This document shows positions 29,872 to 39,207 of a stretch of DNA of 56,841 nt, in pieces. The notes under the pieces were generated by a model that saw only the letters and a program-made list of their open reading frames with translations, did no database searches and was not told where the DNA came from. Origin of the DNA: a virus (Duplodnaviria > Caudoviricetes); IMG/VR virus record IMGVR_UViG_3300023116_000057, positions 1-56,841 of that record. One strand, written 5' to 3'. A program made the translations under genes and the position numbers. Every line of letters starts with the position of its first letter. Within the stretch, counting starts at the first letter, position 1.

Positions 29872-30192
29872 ATGTCTTCGCAAATTAATAAAAAAAATGA
29901 TGTCAAAAATCAATACTCAGAATTTAAATCTCAACACCTGAAAGGTGTAATTTTAGATGATACAATGAGAGAAAGTGAAGAAAAATATTACAAAAAAATA
30001 AAAAACTTAAATGAAGAGAACAATATCTTAAAAAATATTATAAAAAAAAAAGAAGAACAATTGAAAGATTATGACTACGAGATGTGTATTGCTCTTGCTG
30101 CCATCGGCAAGTTGGCGCAGGAAGTAAGATTTTATTTTTGTATGTCTGTGTTTGCCTTGTTCCTCTTGCTTGTGATTACTATTATTTTATAA
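29872..30192 (+). CDS. coiled-coil protein with C-terminal TM anchor
   Basis: 106 aa, hydrophobic C-terminus. Confidence 0.6.
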   Translation: MSSQINKKNDVKNQYSEFKSQHLKGVILDDTMRESEEKYYKKIKNLNEENNILKNIIKKKEEQLKDYDYEMCIALAAIGKLAQEVRFYFCMSVFALFLLLVITIIL

Positions 30193-30205
30193 AGGAGTAA
30201 AAAAA

Positions 30206-30490
30206 ATGTCACAAAAAACTTACTATCATGCCTTATGGCATAAATTTCACGGTGAGATTTTGAAAAATCAAGCCGAATTGTCCACTTACATTAACACGCC
30301 AGTTGGCGTGGGAGAACACTCTGATATTCTTGAAGAAATTGAAACAAAAGTTAAAAAAATAAACGAATATGAAGGCTATTTGGACACTCTTAATACTATT
30401 TTTTCTGAACATTTTGAAGACCCATTCAGAGAATTAGAAAAAGAAATCGTAAAACAATTAGAAGAAAACTCTGAAGTAGAAGAGGGGTAA
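30206..30490 (+). CDS. conserved phage hypothetical protein
   Basis: PVGVGEHSDILEEIE motif recalled from small myovirus proteins; AAGGAG RBS. Confidence 0.7.
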   Translation: MSQKTYYHALWHKFHGEILKNQAELSTYINTPVGVGEHSDILEEIETKVKKINEYEGYLDTLNTIFSEHFEDPFRELEKEIVKQLEENSEVEEG

Positions 30491-30492
30491 AC

Positions 30493-30942
30493 ATGTTAAC
30501 AGTAAAATATCACCTTGAGACAGAAGAAGCAAAAAAGCCGACAAGAGCCGACAATCTATCTTCAGGTCACGACTTGTATGCAGCAGAAGAAGTTTTGTTA
30601 ATGCCTAATCAAAGCAAACTTATTTCTACCGGGGTAAGAATTCAAATGCTGAGTTCAGGTGACAAATTATACGAAGCGCAAGTCAGACCCAGAAGTGGAC
30701 TTGCACTGAAGCATGGAATTACTGTCCTCAACACTCCTGGAACAATTGACCAAGGCTACACAGGTCCAGTTGGAGTTATCTTGTATAACACATCGCTTCA
30801 GCCGTATACTGTGAATGTTGGAGATAGAATTGCACAACTTGTTTATGTAAAAGTTGAAGTTCCAACTTGGTTGGAGGTCGATTATCAAGAATTCTCTGCC
30901 ACAGAGCGTGGTGGTGGTGGCTTTGGAAGTTCTGGCAAGTGA
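30493..30942 (+). CDS. dut: trimeric dUTPase
   Basis: SGHDL, QVRPRSGLA, NTPGTIDQGYTG, GDRIAQL, RGGGGFGSSG. Confidence 0.95.
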   Translation: MLTVKYHLETEEAKKPTRADNLSSGHDLYAAEEVLLMPNQSKLISTGVRIQMLSSGDKLYEAQVRPRSGLALKHGITVLNTPGTIDQGYTGPVGVILYNTSLQPYTVNVGDRIAQLVYVKVEVPTWLEVDYQEFSATERGGGGFGSSGK

Positions 30943-30956
30943 ATGATAAACAAAAA

Positions 30957-31334
30957 ATGTCTGAAAATTTTTCTGAAAAATTGAAAGACAGGTTTAAAGA
31001 CAAACAATTAAAGAAAATTCAATTCTTCGATACGGACATAAGGTTCGCTCAGTTTATTTTGTTTCTTTATAACTATCAAATAAAACTTGGCGATTTCTTT
31101 AGGTCAGTAATAACCGCATGTAACGAAAAGGACGAAGATTTTTGGAAGTGGTTGAATAAACATAAAAGTCAAAATCAAAATAGAGTCGGCAAAGTTACAA
31201 AACAAATTAAAAAAGAGATAGAAACAACCTCAGAATTACTTCGTCTTTACAGTGGAGAAACATTACATGAAGAAGAAATAAACGAAATTTATTCCATTTT
31301 AGAAATGGAAAATGACACAGAAGAAGAGTGGTAA
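30957..31334 (+). CDS. hypothetical protein
   Basis: ORF trimmed to ATG 30957, after dUTPase. Confidence 0.6.
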   Translation: MSENFSEKLKDRFKDKQLKKIQFFDTDIRFAQFILFLYNYQIKLGDFFRSVITACNEKDEDFWKWLNKHKSQNQNRVGKVTKQIKKEIETTSELLRLYSGETLHEEEINEIYSILEMENDTEEEW

Positions 31335-31566
31335 AGAAATGGAGTGCGTTAAAAAATGTATAAAAAAAAATAACACTTGTGTTGAAAAAAAATGTAGACA
31401 CTGGATTGACTTCCCTAAAGACTTAAATTGCTCGTTAATTTCTATTCAAAATAATAATTTCAAAGGCATGACACTAAAGGAAGTTTCAGACAGGTTGGGC
31501 ATCAGCATTGAGTCAGTAAGAAAAATAGAAAAAAAAGCTTTTATAAAAATAAAAGAGAGAATATAA
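31312..31566 (+). CDS. stand-alone sigma70 region-4-like HTH protein with Cys-rich N-terminus
   Basis: MTLKEVSDRLGISIESVRKIEKKAFIKIK; C..C.....C....C..W.......NC. Confidence 0.75.
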   Translation: MTQKKSGKEMECVKKCIKKNNTCVEKKCRHWIDFPKDLNCSLISIQNNNFKGMTLKEVSDRLGISIESVRKIEKKAFIKIKERI

Positions 31567-31623
31567 AACATTTATCGTCTATTTACTCAAAAATTTGCAA
31601 ATTTTAAGGAGTAAAATAAAAAA

Positions 31624-32247
31624 ATGAAAAAGAATTCGCGAAACAAAGCCCTTCTCAATGAAAAAACTTACCGAAGGTGGGGCAAAATTGCTAAGTTGAA
31701 TCCGTTGTTAGTAGAAAACTTTGTTCATAATAAAATTTTTGAACAAGATGAGGTTGACAAAGATTTGGAAAAAGACATGGATGTTGATATGCCCGACATG
31801 GACGCTGATATGCCCGACATGGACGCTGATATGCCGGATATGGATGACATGGACACTGATATGCCGGATATGGATGACATGGACACTGATATGCCGGATA
31901 TGGATGACATGGACACTGAAGCGACTGGTGGTGAGGTTGAAATTTCTGGCAAAGAAGCAGAATCCATTGGTGATGTTATCAATATTCTGCAACAATTGCA
32001 AGATATGGCAGACGAATCTCCAAATGACATGCAAGAGTTGCAAGAAATGAGTACAAGTGCTGCAATGGAAGGTTATGGTTCTAAAGGAATCAATGAAAAA
32101 TCATGCTCTAGCGTAGATGAAGAAATTGCAGAAGAATTGGCAGAAAGTTTTATTCGTAATTTGGTCAAAGAAGAGCGTAAACGGTCTATTAACCCGGATA
32201 GACTGTCGAGGCGTCTTACTAAAGTTTTGAAAAACTATGTTAAGTAA
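31624..32247 (+). CDS. acidic repeat protein (possible head scaffold/core protein)
   Basis: DMPDMD repeats; AAGGAG RBS; own terminator. Confidence 0.65.
   Translation: MKKNSRNKALLNEKTYRRWGKIAKLNPLLVENFVHNKIFEQDEVDKDLEKDMDVDMPDMDADMPDMDADMPDMDDMDTDMPDMDDMDTDMPDMDDMDTEATGGEVEISGKEAESIGDVINILQQLQDMADESPNDMQELQEMSTSAAMEGYGSKGINEKSCSSVDEEIAEELAESFIRNLVKEERKRSINPDRLSRRLTKVLKNYVK
31786..31917 (+). repeat. coding tandem repeats (2x21 bp + 3x30 bp)
   Basis: GATATGCCCGACATGGACGCT x2 then GATATGCCGGATATGGATGACATGGACACT x3. Confidence 0.9.
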
Positions 32248-32282
32248 TTAGAGATGTAGTATAAATAATGCTATACTCATAG

Positions 32283-32314
32283 ACCCATGTTAAACTTTTA
32301 ACATGGGTTTTTTT
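32283..32314 (+). terminator. Rho-independent terminator
   Basis: ACCCATGTTAA / TTAACATGGGT followed by a T run. Confidence 0.85.
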
Positions 32315-32421
32315 ATAGGTGAAAGATATTATGAACGAAACAATCAACGAATTAATAAAAAAAGAATTAGAGAAAAAAACCTTTAATTTATCCAAGAAAC
32401 AAAAAACAGTTAGAAGATGTA

Positions 32422-33141
32422 ATGTCTAAGCAAAAAAAAGGAAAAAAAATGATAAAGAGTAAGCGATGGAATCAACCAAAAAATCACATTTTGTGTGGTG
32501 AGAATATTGAATTAGAAAAAGAACAAAATGAAGAGCCTGCAAATTATGAATTCATTCAAGATGAAAAATTATTTTTAATTACATTGTATGGCGATTTAGA
32601 CGAAGAAAAAGCTGAGAACACAATCAACGAATTGTATTCTATTAAAGAGTATTGCAGGCAAATGTGGGAAGAGTGGAATGACAGGGAAGAAGAAGAGGAA
32701 GTAGAAGAAGAAGAAGAGTATGAAAAGCCAGTAGTTCACTTGATTCTTTCCACTTTTGGAGGTTCAGTCCACGACATGTTCTCAATTTATGATTGTATGC
32801 AAAAGTTGAAGCAATATTGTGACATTTCGGTTGTTGGTTTGGGCAAAGTGCAATCTGCTGGGGTGGCTCTTTTGTGTGCAGGAACCAAAGGTCTTAGACT
32901 GTTAGGTCCACATTGCAGATTGATGTTGCATCCAGTGATGTTTCAGTCTTTTGGAACAGTCGATGATGTTTCTATCGAACATAAAGAAACCAAAGTGATG
33001 AGCGATTTGTATGAAAAAATATTGGTCGAAAATACGAATATGACTAAAAGACAAGCAAGAAAATATATTAAAAAAGATAAAAATTATTATTTTGATTCTG
33101 AAAAAGCAATTGAGTTTGGAATTGCAGATCGTTTATTCTAA
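32422..33141 (+). CDS. clpP: ClpP-family protease
   Basis: ITLYGDL, LSTFGGSV, GKVQSAG (Ser), RLMLHP (His), AIEFGIAD. Confidence 0.85.
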   Translation: MSKQKKGKKMIKSKRWNQPKNHILCGENIELEKEQNEEPANYEFIQDEKLFLITLYGDLDEEKAENTINELYSIKEYCRQMWEEWNDREEEEEVEEEEEYEKPVVHLILSTFGGSVHDMFSIYDCMQKLKQYCDISVVGLGKVQSAGVALLCAGTKGLRLLGPHCRLMLHPVMFQSFGTVDDVSIEHKETKVMSDLYEKILVENTNMTKRQARKYIKKDKNYYFDSEKAIEFGIADRLF

Positions 33142-33160
33142 AAAAAAATGAGAGGAAAAA

Positions 33161-34723
33161 ATGACAGTACGTTATAAAAACAAATCGGAATTGTACAAAG
33201 AATTGCTGCAAGGTTCGGAACTTCTATCTGAAAATGTCGGATCAACTCTTGGACCAAGAGGACACACAGTGCTTATTGGAGAGAAGGGAAAGAGACCAAT
33301 TATTACAAAAGATGGCGTCACAGTTGCACAGTTTGTAAAGTCTGACAATCCATTTGAACAACTTGCAATTGACGTTATCAAACAATCTTCAGTTCAAACA
33401 AACGTCGAGGCCGGAGATGGGACAACTACTTCTACAATTATTGCAAATGCGATTTTCAAAAAATCACAAAAATACTTGGCAACAGGGGTTCACCCTTTTG
33501 TTCTTAAAAAACAATTTGAAGACGCACTGAAAAAAGCACTCGAAGAGGTTGAAAAAATCTCTTCTCACGTCGATTCTGCGAACGATATAGAGAGCATTGC
33601 ATATATCTCATCCAATGGAGATAGAATCGCCTCTAGAATCATTCGGGAGGCTGTTGAAAGCGCAGGTCAAGATGGAGCAATCACCATCGATGAGTCACAT
33701 TCTAAGGTAACTAAACTTGATGTTGTAGAAGGCTTCTCGTTCCGTTCTGGATTGTTCAATCAGGCTTTTGTGACAGATGAAAAAAGAGGAGTTGCTAAAC
33801 TAGACAATCCTTTTTTGTTGGTTACAGATAAAAAAATATCAAGTTTGGACGAAATCATGGGTGTTTTAGAGATTGCTGCAAGAGCAAACAGACCCTTGGT
33901 TATGATTGCCGAAGACTTTGAAGGAGAAGCGTTTGGTGCATGTATGTTGAACCAAACGCAAGGAAACATTAAGATCTGTTTGATAAAGGCTCCAAACTAC
34001 GGAGAGGAAAGAAGGAATGTGTTGGAAGATTTAGCAATTTCTTCGGGTGCTAAATTTTTTCGAAGAAGCAATTCGGACGATATATCCAAGGCTGACTTAA
34101 GTTCGTTAGGGACTGCAAAATATTTAGAGAGCAACAAATTTGCGACTATTATTGTTGATTTGAAAGGCGATTTGGACAAAGTCAATCAAAGGATTGATTT
34201 GTTAAAGGAAGAAATGAAGGAAATCGAAAGCCACGAAGAATGTAAAAAAATACAAGAAAGGATTGCTAGGCTTGCCTCGACAGTTGCAATTATAAAGATT
34301 GGTGCTGATACTGAAATCGAAATGATAGAAAAGAGGCATCGTTACGAAGATGCCCTAGAAGCGGTAGTGGCAGCGCAAGACAAAGGTTATGTCCCAGGTG
34401 GAGGTGTCACTCTTTTGAGAATCTCCAACAAGTTGAGAAAAAATAAATTACCTGGGTTTCAAGTTTTTTGCGAAGCCATTGAAGAACCTTTCCGAATTTT
34501 GTGTAAAAATTCGGGAGAAAACTTTCATTCTTTAAAACAAAAAATACTCAGAAAAAAAGATTTCTTTTATGGCTATGATTTTAATAAGCAAAAATATGGC
34601 AATATGGTAGAACTCGGTGTTATAGACCCAACAAAAGTTACAATTGGGGCGATAAAAAATGCTACAAGTTCTGCTTCTACTTTGCTCACAACATCTTATT
34701 CAATCGTTACAGAAGAGGATTAA
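33161..34723 (+). CDS. groEL: chaperonin GroEL
   Basis: STLGPRG, ITKDGVTVA, AGDGTTT, KAPNYG, EDAL, VPGGG, GVIDPTKV; no GGM tail. Confidence 0.95.
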   Translation: MTVRYKNKSELYKELLQGSELLSENVGSTLGPRGHTVLIGEKGKRPIITKDGVTVAQFVKSDNPFEQLAIDVIKQSSVQTNVEAGDGTTTSTIIANAIFKKSQKYLATGVHPFVLKKQFEDALKKALEEVEKISSHVDSANDIESIAYISSNGDRIASRIIREAVESAGQDGAITIDESHSKVTKLDVVEGFSFRSGLFNQAFVTDEKRGVAKLDNPFLLVTDKKISSLDEIMGVLEIAARANRPLVMIAEDFEGEAFGACMLNQTQGNIKICLIKAPNYGEERRNVLEDLAISSGAKFFRRSNSDDISKADLSSLGTAKYLESNKFATIIVDLKGDLDKVNQRIDLLKEEMKEIESHEECKKIQERIARLASTVAIIKIGADTEIEMIEKRHRYEDALEAVVAAQDKGYVPGGGVTLLRISNKLRKNKLPGFQVFCEAIEEPFRILCKNSGENFHSLKQKILRKKDFFYGYDFNKQKYGNMVELGVIDPTKVTIGAIKNATSSASTLLTTSYSIVTEED

Positions 34724-34726
34724 AAA

Positions 34727-35209
34727 ATGGATAGCGATGTGAAATGGAATGGAGAAGATAACTTTAAAGAATATGTGACAAGAAAAGAATTTGAAATGTC
34801 ATCGAATCAAACAAGTAGTCTTTTTCTGATGATCGAAAAAAGTTTACTTCAAATACAAAAAGATATAAAAGAAATAAATAAAAAAAGTGAGACTTTCGAT
34901 AGAGAATTCCTGGACAAGATGCATCAACATGAAATCGAAATTACTAAATTAAAAACTAAACAAAGTGACCCTTCACTGTCTATGGTCAATGAAGATTTGA
35001 AAAACATAAACAACGAATTGATAAAAATCAGAGAAGACTTCCAGCAAAAAATTTATGATTTAGATAAGAACGTAGAAGTTTATAATTTAAAACAAGACAA
35101 AGAGTTTGCTCATGAAAAAGGCAAACTTCATGTTTGGTATATGCTGGGAGGTCTGATTGTAGGTTCGATGATTACTGGTTTAATTCAAACATTTGTTAAG
35201 AAAATTTAG
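34727..35209 (+). CDS. coiled-coil protein with C-terminal TM helix
   Basis: 160 aa; VWYMLGGLIVGSMITGLI. Confidence 0.6.
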   Translation: MDSDVKWNGEDNFKEYVTRKEFEMSSNQTSSLFLMIEKSLLQIQKDIKEINKKSETFDREFLDKMHQHEIEITKLKTKQSDPSLSMVNEDLKNINNELIKIREDFQQKIYDLDKNVEVYNLKQDKEFAHEKGKLHVWYMLGGLIVGSMITGLIQTFVKKI

Positions 35210-35258
35210 GTTATTTGTTGAAATTTGTTTAAAATTATAATAAAATAAAGGTGAGAAT

Positions 35259-35534
35259 ATGTTTGTAAAGTTAGTAAAAGTGAAAAAAAACGACAATAAA
35301 TATGTTTTGGAAACAATTGTTGTAAACTCTGAAAAAGTGATTAAAGTTTTACCAATAAACGGAATTTTTAGTGGGCTGGATGAATCTCAAACCCCTCTAG
35401 GATTGGACAAAAATCACAGTTTTTCAGAAATTCACATGCAAAATGGAACCAACGATGAATTTTGTGTGGTGGTTGGTTCTGTTAGTTCAATTAAAGAAAA
35501 ATTAAATTCAAGAAAAAAACTATTACTAGATTAA
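35259..35534 (+). CDS. hypothetical protein
   Basis: 91-aa ORF; RBS and TTGAAA-17-TAAAAT upstream. Confidence 0.65.
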   Translation: MFVKLVKVKKNDNKYVLETIVVNSEKVIKVLPINGIFSGLDESQTPLGLDKNHSFSEIHMQNGTNDEFCVVVGSVSSIKEKLNSRKKLLLD

Positions 35535-35556
35535 ATTTTTATTGTTGGGAGTTATT

Positions 35557-36105
35557 ATGAATTTACGAATTAGTCAGTATGTAAAGAAAGTTAAACTAAA
35601 AAATCCACATTGGAAAAGTAATTCCAGGATAATCGGTGAAGCGATAGAAGAGTGGGCTTGCAACAATCTTTTGTGTCCAAAGTGTTCTGCTGGAAAATGC
35701 GAAAAGTGCGCGAGACCATCTTTAACAAAACTTCCAAACAACTTTAAATCTGCTGACTTTCGTTGTTCTTTTTGTAACACTCTCGTACAAGTAAAAGCAA
35801 AGAAAGAAAGTTTTTTTACAAACAGTGGAGAAATGAAAAAAATTATCGGAGCGGAATACAAAACCACAGTAAATTCTTTAAAGACAAAAAAAATTCATTA
35901 TTATTTGATAGCTTATAGTAATGATTGTGTGCGCGAAATATACCATGTGGAGCCTAAGAGTTTAAAATTTGAACAAATAATTCCTAGAAATCCTTTGCAA
36001 AAAGGCAAAAGGATTGGCTGGCAGGGATGCCACATAAAACTTGAAAAAAGTACTTTGAAAAACAAGATGCCACCTATTCAATTAAACTTTTGGAACAAGA
36101 CGTGA
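35557..36105 (+). CDS. DpnI-like (Dam-replacing family) endonuclease, catalytic domain only
   Basis: E.W..NL.CPKC, LPNN..SADFRC..C...QVKAKK, I.GAEYKT, IIPRNPL, RIGWQGCHI parallel the DpnI motifs. Confidence 0.75.
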   Translation: MNLRISQYVKKVKLKNPHWKSNSRIIGEAIEEWACNNLLCPKCSAGKCEKCARPSLTKLPNNFKSADFRCSFCNTLVQVKAKKESFFTNSGEMKKIIGAEYKTTVNSLKTKKIHYYLIAYSNDCVREIYHVEPKSLKFEQIIPRNPLQKGKRIGWQGCHIKLEKSTLKNKMPPIQLNFWNKT

Positions 36106-36950
36106 ATAAAAAAATAAAAGTTATCATCGCCGGAGCAGGAGCGTTATACCCAATTTACCTTGGTTCGCTCTTGGCTTTGGTGGAAGAAGGATATGAAATA
36201 ACATCTGTTGCTGGTACGTCTGGGGGAGCGATTGCAGCAGCAACTTGGTCGCTTTCAGACGTAGAAAAAAAAATGGAGCCTTTGAAAAAATTTGTTGTTG
36301 AGACTTTGCCGACTAACAATAAAGGAGTGATTTCGTATTCTTTTTATAACTTCGTTAAGAAGTGGGGCTTTATAGATGGATTTTATTTAGAAAAGTTGTT
36401 TGAAAGAATTTTTTACGAAAAGATGTCGGATGCTAAAATACCTACGTTTATATATGCTTCCGACATTGATAGACGAAAAAGCATAGTATTTTCTTCAGTA
36501 GAACATGGGGATTATCAAACAAAGAAAGTTGTAAGAGCAAGTTGTTCAATCCCTCTGATTTTTACACCGACAAAGATAAACGACAAACTGTATGTTGACG
36601 GTGGCTGGTCTCATTTTTTTCCTCTGAGCGATTTTGAATGTTTGGATGGAGAAAACATAATAGGAATGAGAATCGTAAAATCAAACGAAAAAACAATAAA
36701 AAAAAATATAATTGAATATGCTCAAGGCGTCATGTACAGCAAGATTATTGACGACATAAGACAGCAAGAACTCCCAGGTTTTTTCAAAACAATTGATTTT
36801 GTCAGCAATTATAGCAGAGCCAATCTTGGCAAAACAACAAATGAACAAGCAAGCGATATAATTATAGAAGGATATAAACAAACTAAGGAGACTATTGAGA
36901 GGTGGACTATAGAAAACAACACAAAAGATTTATCTTCAACACTTTGTTAG
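36102..36950 (+). CDS. patatin-like phospholipase
   Basis: AGAGA glycine loop, GTSGG (GxSxG), RASCSIP..F.P, YVDGG; GTGA overlap with upstream stop. Confidence 0.88.
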   Translation: MNKKIKVIIAGAGALYPIYLGSLLALVEEGYEITSVAGTSGGAIAAATWSLSDVEKKMEPLKKFVVETLPTNNKGVISYSFYNFVKKWGFIDGFYLEKLFERIFYEKMSDAKIPTFIYASDIDRRKSIVFSSVEHGDYQTKKVVRASCSIPLIFTPTKINDKLYVDGGWSHFFPLSDFECLDGENIIGMRIVKSNEKTIKKNIIEYAQGVMYSKIIDDIRQQELPGFFKTIDFVSNYSRANLGKTTNEQASDIIIEGYKQTKETIERWTIENNTKDLSSTLC

Positions 36951-37282
36951 AGAGCGAGAAAAAGAAAGAAGACAGATTTATTTACAAAATTACCTTAAAT
37001 CTTAGTGTAAAAAAAGAAATTGGTGGCTTTGAGGCTATGGTCAATGATTTGTTGAACGACATAAGAGCGTTGACTAGAGTTACAGTAGTGCAATCTCTGG
37101 AATCTTTCGTGGAAAAAGATAACAAATACATGTCTATAAAAATTAAGTTTAACGTAAAAAATCTCAAACACGAAGGGTATCTAGATATAGCCGATTTCGT
37201 AGAGCAATTCCTCCTACCAACAATTACCAAATTAGAAGCCAAACCAAAAATCCTCAATGTCTCTAACGTCACACACGTCTAA
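36902..37282 (+). CDS. hypothetical protein
   Basis: 126-aa ORF. Confidence 0.6.
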   Translation: MDYRKQHKRFIFNTLLESEKKKEDRFIYKITLNLSVKKEIGGFEAMVNDLLNDIRALTRVTVVQSLESFVEKDNKYMSIKIKFNVKNLKHEGYLDIADFVEQFLLPTITKLEAKPKILNVSNVTHV

Positions 37283-37290
37283 AAAACTTC

Positions 37291-37319
37291 TTGACACTCT
37301 TTGTTGTTTGTAATATCTT
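37291..37319 (+). promoter_or_regulatory. sigma70-type promoter
   Basis: AAAAAACTTC-TTGACA-17bp-TATCTT; same upstream context recurs at 37591. Confidence 0.7.
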
Positions 37320-37327
37320 GACAAAAG

Positions 37328-37594
37328 ATGGTTTTGCAATTTCACAGGAGGTCTATAATGCAAAAAAATTTTCAAAATGTATCATTTCCAGAAGGCAGAT
37401 ATAAATCTGGCGATTTGATTTTATCAAAAGCCGGAGTTTTTATTGCCATGAAGTGTAGAACACTGTGTATATTTAGACTCGACTATTTGGCAGACAATAA
37501 AAAAAGATTGACGATTAGCGATGCGTTCCTTTACAACGAAGGTCTTCCTGTCCTATGCAATAATGTTTTCAGAAAAATAAAAAAAACTTCTTGA
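37328..37594 (+). CDS. hypothetical protein
   Basis: ORF; likely start at ATG 37358 after AGGAGG. Confidence 0.55.
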   Translation: MVLQFHRRSIMQKNFQNVSFPEGRYKSGDLILSKAGVFIAMKCRTLCIFRLDYLADNKKRLTISDAFLYNEGLPVLCNNVFRKIKKTS

Positions 37595-37669
37595 CATGTA
37601 AAAAAAATTGGCTATGATATACACAAGTGGCCGAGATAAAACCTTTACAGCAGAAAAAGAGGAAAAAAA

Positions 37670-37969
37670 ATGAAAAAGGCGACAACAAAAATCTTTGTTT
37701 GGAATTTTGGAGAAGGAACTTACCGATTGCAAGTCGAAAATATCGACGGAAGGAGAATCAAGACTTTAAAAAAGACTCTTGGCGCAAAAAATTGGGAGTT
37801 GGTTGCAGAATCTTGGGGTGGCAATGGTAAAAAATATATATTTTCGAAAGACTTCGAAACAGAACAGGAGGTAAAAAGAGAAACAAAAACACTAGAATTT
37901 CCAGTGTTTTACGAGACTCTTCAGTTGAAGATTAGACCTTGGAATAAACTTGCTAAGTCTTTACGCTAA
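37670..37969 (+). CDS. hypothetical protein
   Basis: 99 aa; GAGG RBS; promoter TTGACA-16-TATGAT at 37591. Confidence 0.65.
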   Translation: MKKATTKIFVWNFGEGTYRLQVENIDGRRIKTLKKTLGAKNWELVAESWGGNGKKYIFSKDFETEQEVKRETKTLEFPVFYETLQLKIRPWNKLAKSLR

Positions 37970-37980
37970 AAGGGAAAAAG

Positions 37981-39207
37981 ATGAAAATTAAAGATTTTTT
38001 GAATATAGCTCACTTTATTCTTGGACCTCCGGTTCGGAAACATTCTGATAAGCCTACGGGATACCCTCTTATGATGAAAGGACACACCGGGATTGGCAAA
38101 TCTGAAATCGCCAAACTTTTGGCTGATTCATATCAATTGCCCATTGTCGAGAGAAGGGTTTCTCAAATGACAGAAGGAGATTTAATTGGCCTTCCAGAAT
38201 TAAACGAAGGAGTAACTTCCTGGTGTCCACCAGACTTTTACATGAAAGCGTGTGAAACTCCTGTTATTTTGTTTTTAGATGAATTGGACAGAGGTGTACC
38301 AGAGGTGCGTCAAGGATGTTTCGAGTTGGCTGACAGTCGAAAATTAAACGGACATACACTTCATCCCGGAACAAAAATTATATGTGCTATAAATGGTGGC
38401 TTGGCAGATAGTTCAAGTTACCAAGTTTATACTATGGATCGTGCAGAATTGGCTAGATGGTGGTCTGTTGAAATCAAGCCTAGTGTAGATGACTGGCTCA
38501 GTTGGGCCTCTGAATCTACAAAAGATAATTCGACAAAAAAGCAAATTCAAGACTCTTTGAAGGAACTAACTATTTCTTATAGAAAGAATCAGATCGAAAC
38601 GAATGTTCACTTTTTTTTCTATGATTTTATTGCTCAAAACCCGGAATTTTTAGAACATAACGGCCCAACTGAGCCGAACAAAATTTATCCAACAAGGCGT
38701 TCTTGGAAGCGTTTGAGCGACACTATGACAAAGGCCGGTCTTTTGCTGTCCAAAGAAAATATTGATTATGGTACGCTACAATCCCTGTCTCAAGGTTTTG
38801 TTGGTCTTGAGGCGTCCCTTGCACTGCAAAAGTTTTATATTGATTATGACTTTTTGTTGGACCCTGAAGATATGATTGCAGGAGAAGGAAAAGATAGGAT
38901 TAAAAGATTCAATATTAACGACCATTCCCTCTTTATCAAAAAATTTGACAACAAAAAAATCCTAACCAAAGAATTGACGAGCGACGAAATCTTTCATCTT
39001 GTAGACTATGTTGCTTGTTTACCGCAAGAATTACTGCTCAGTTTCTTCACTCTCATGGGAACAAAAGACATCGCCCAGCAAAATATTATTCATTTATTCA
39101 CCCATTATATGCCAAAGTGGTCGGAAGCAGGAAAGAAAAATTATTCTGTTGGCGAATATTACGCAGAATGTGTTGAAGAGTCTGAACTGGAATTAACAAA
39201 AACGTGA
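37981..39207 (+). CDS. MoxR-like AAA+ ATPase
   Basis: GHTGIGKS, EGDLIGLP, ILFLDELDR, MDRAELARW, PTRRSW. Confidence 0.85.
   Translation: MKIKDFLNIAHFILGPPVRKHSDKPTGYPLMMKGHTGIGKSEIAKLLADSYQLPIVERRVSQMTEGDLIGLPELNEGVTSWCPPDFYMKACETPVILFLDELDRGVPEVRQGCFELADSRKLNGHTLHPGTKIICAINGGLADSSSYQVYTMDRAELARWWSVEIKPSVDDWLSWASESTKDNSTKKQIQDSLKELTISYRKNQIETNVHFFFYDFIAQNPEFLEHNGPTEPNKIYPTRRSWKRLSDTMTKAGLLLSKENIDYGTLQSLSQGFVGLEASLALQKFYIDYDFLLDPEDMIAGEGKDRIKRFNINDHSLFIKKFDNKKILTKELTSDEIFHLVDYVACLPQELLLSFFTLMGTKDIAQQNIIHLFTHYMPKWSEAGKKNYSVGEYYAECVEESELELTKT

Noticed and set aside
33161-34723. Bacterial chromosome origin suggested by groEL, dnaE, recA, ssrA and clpP
   Set aside because: Genes are divergent, mixed with tail genes and T4-like SSB/helicase, all on one strand, and lack bacterial operon context.
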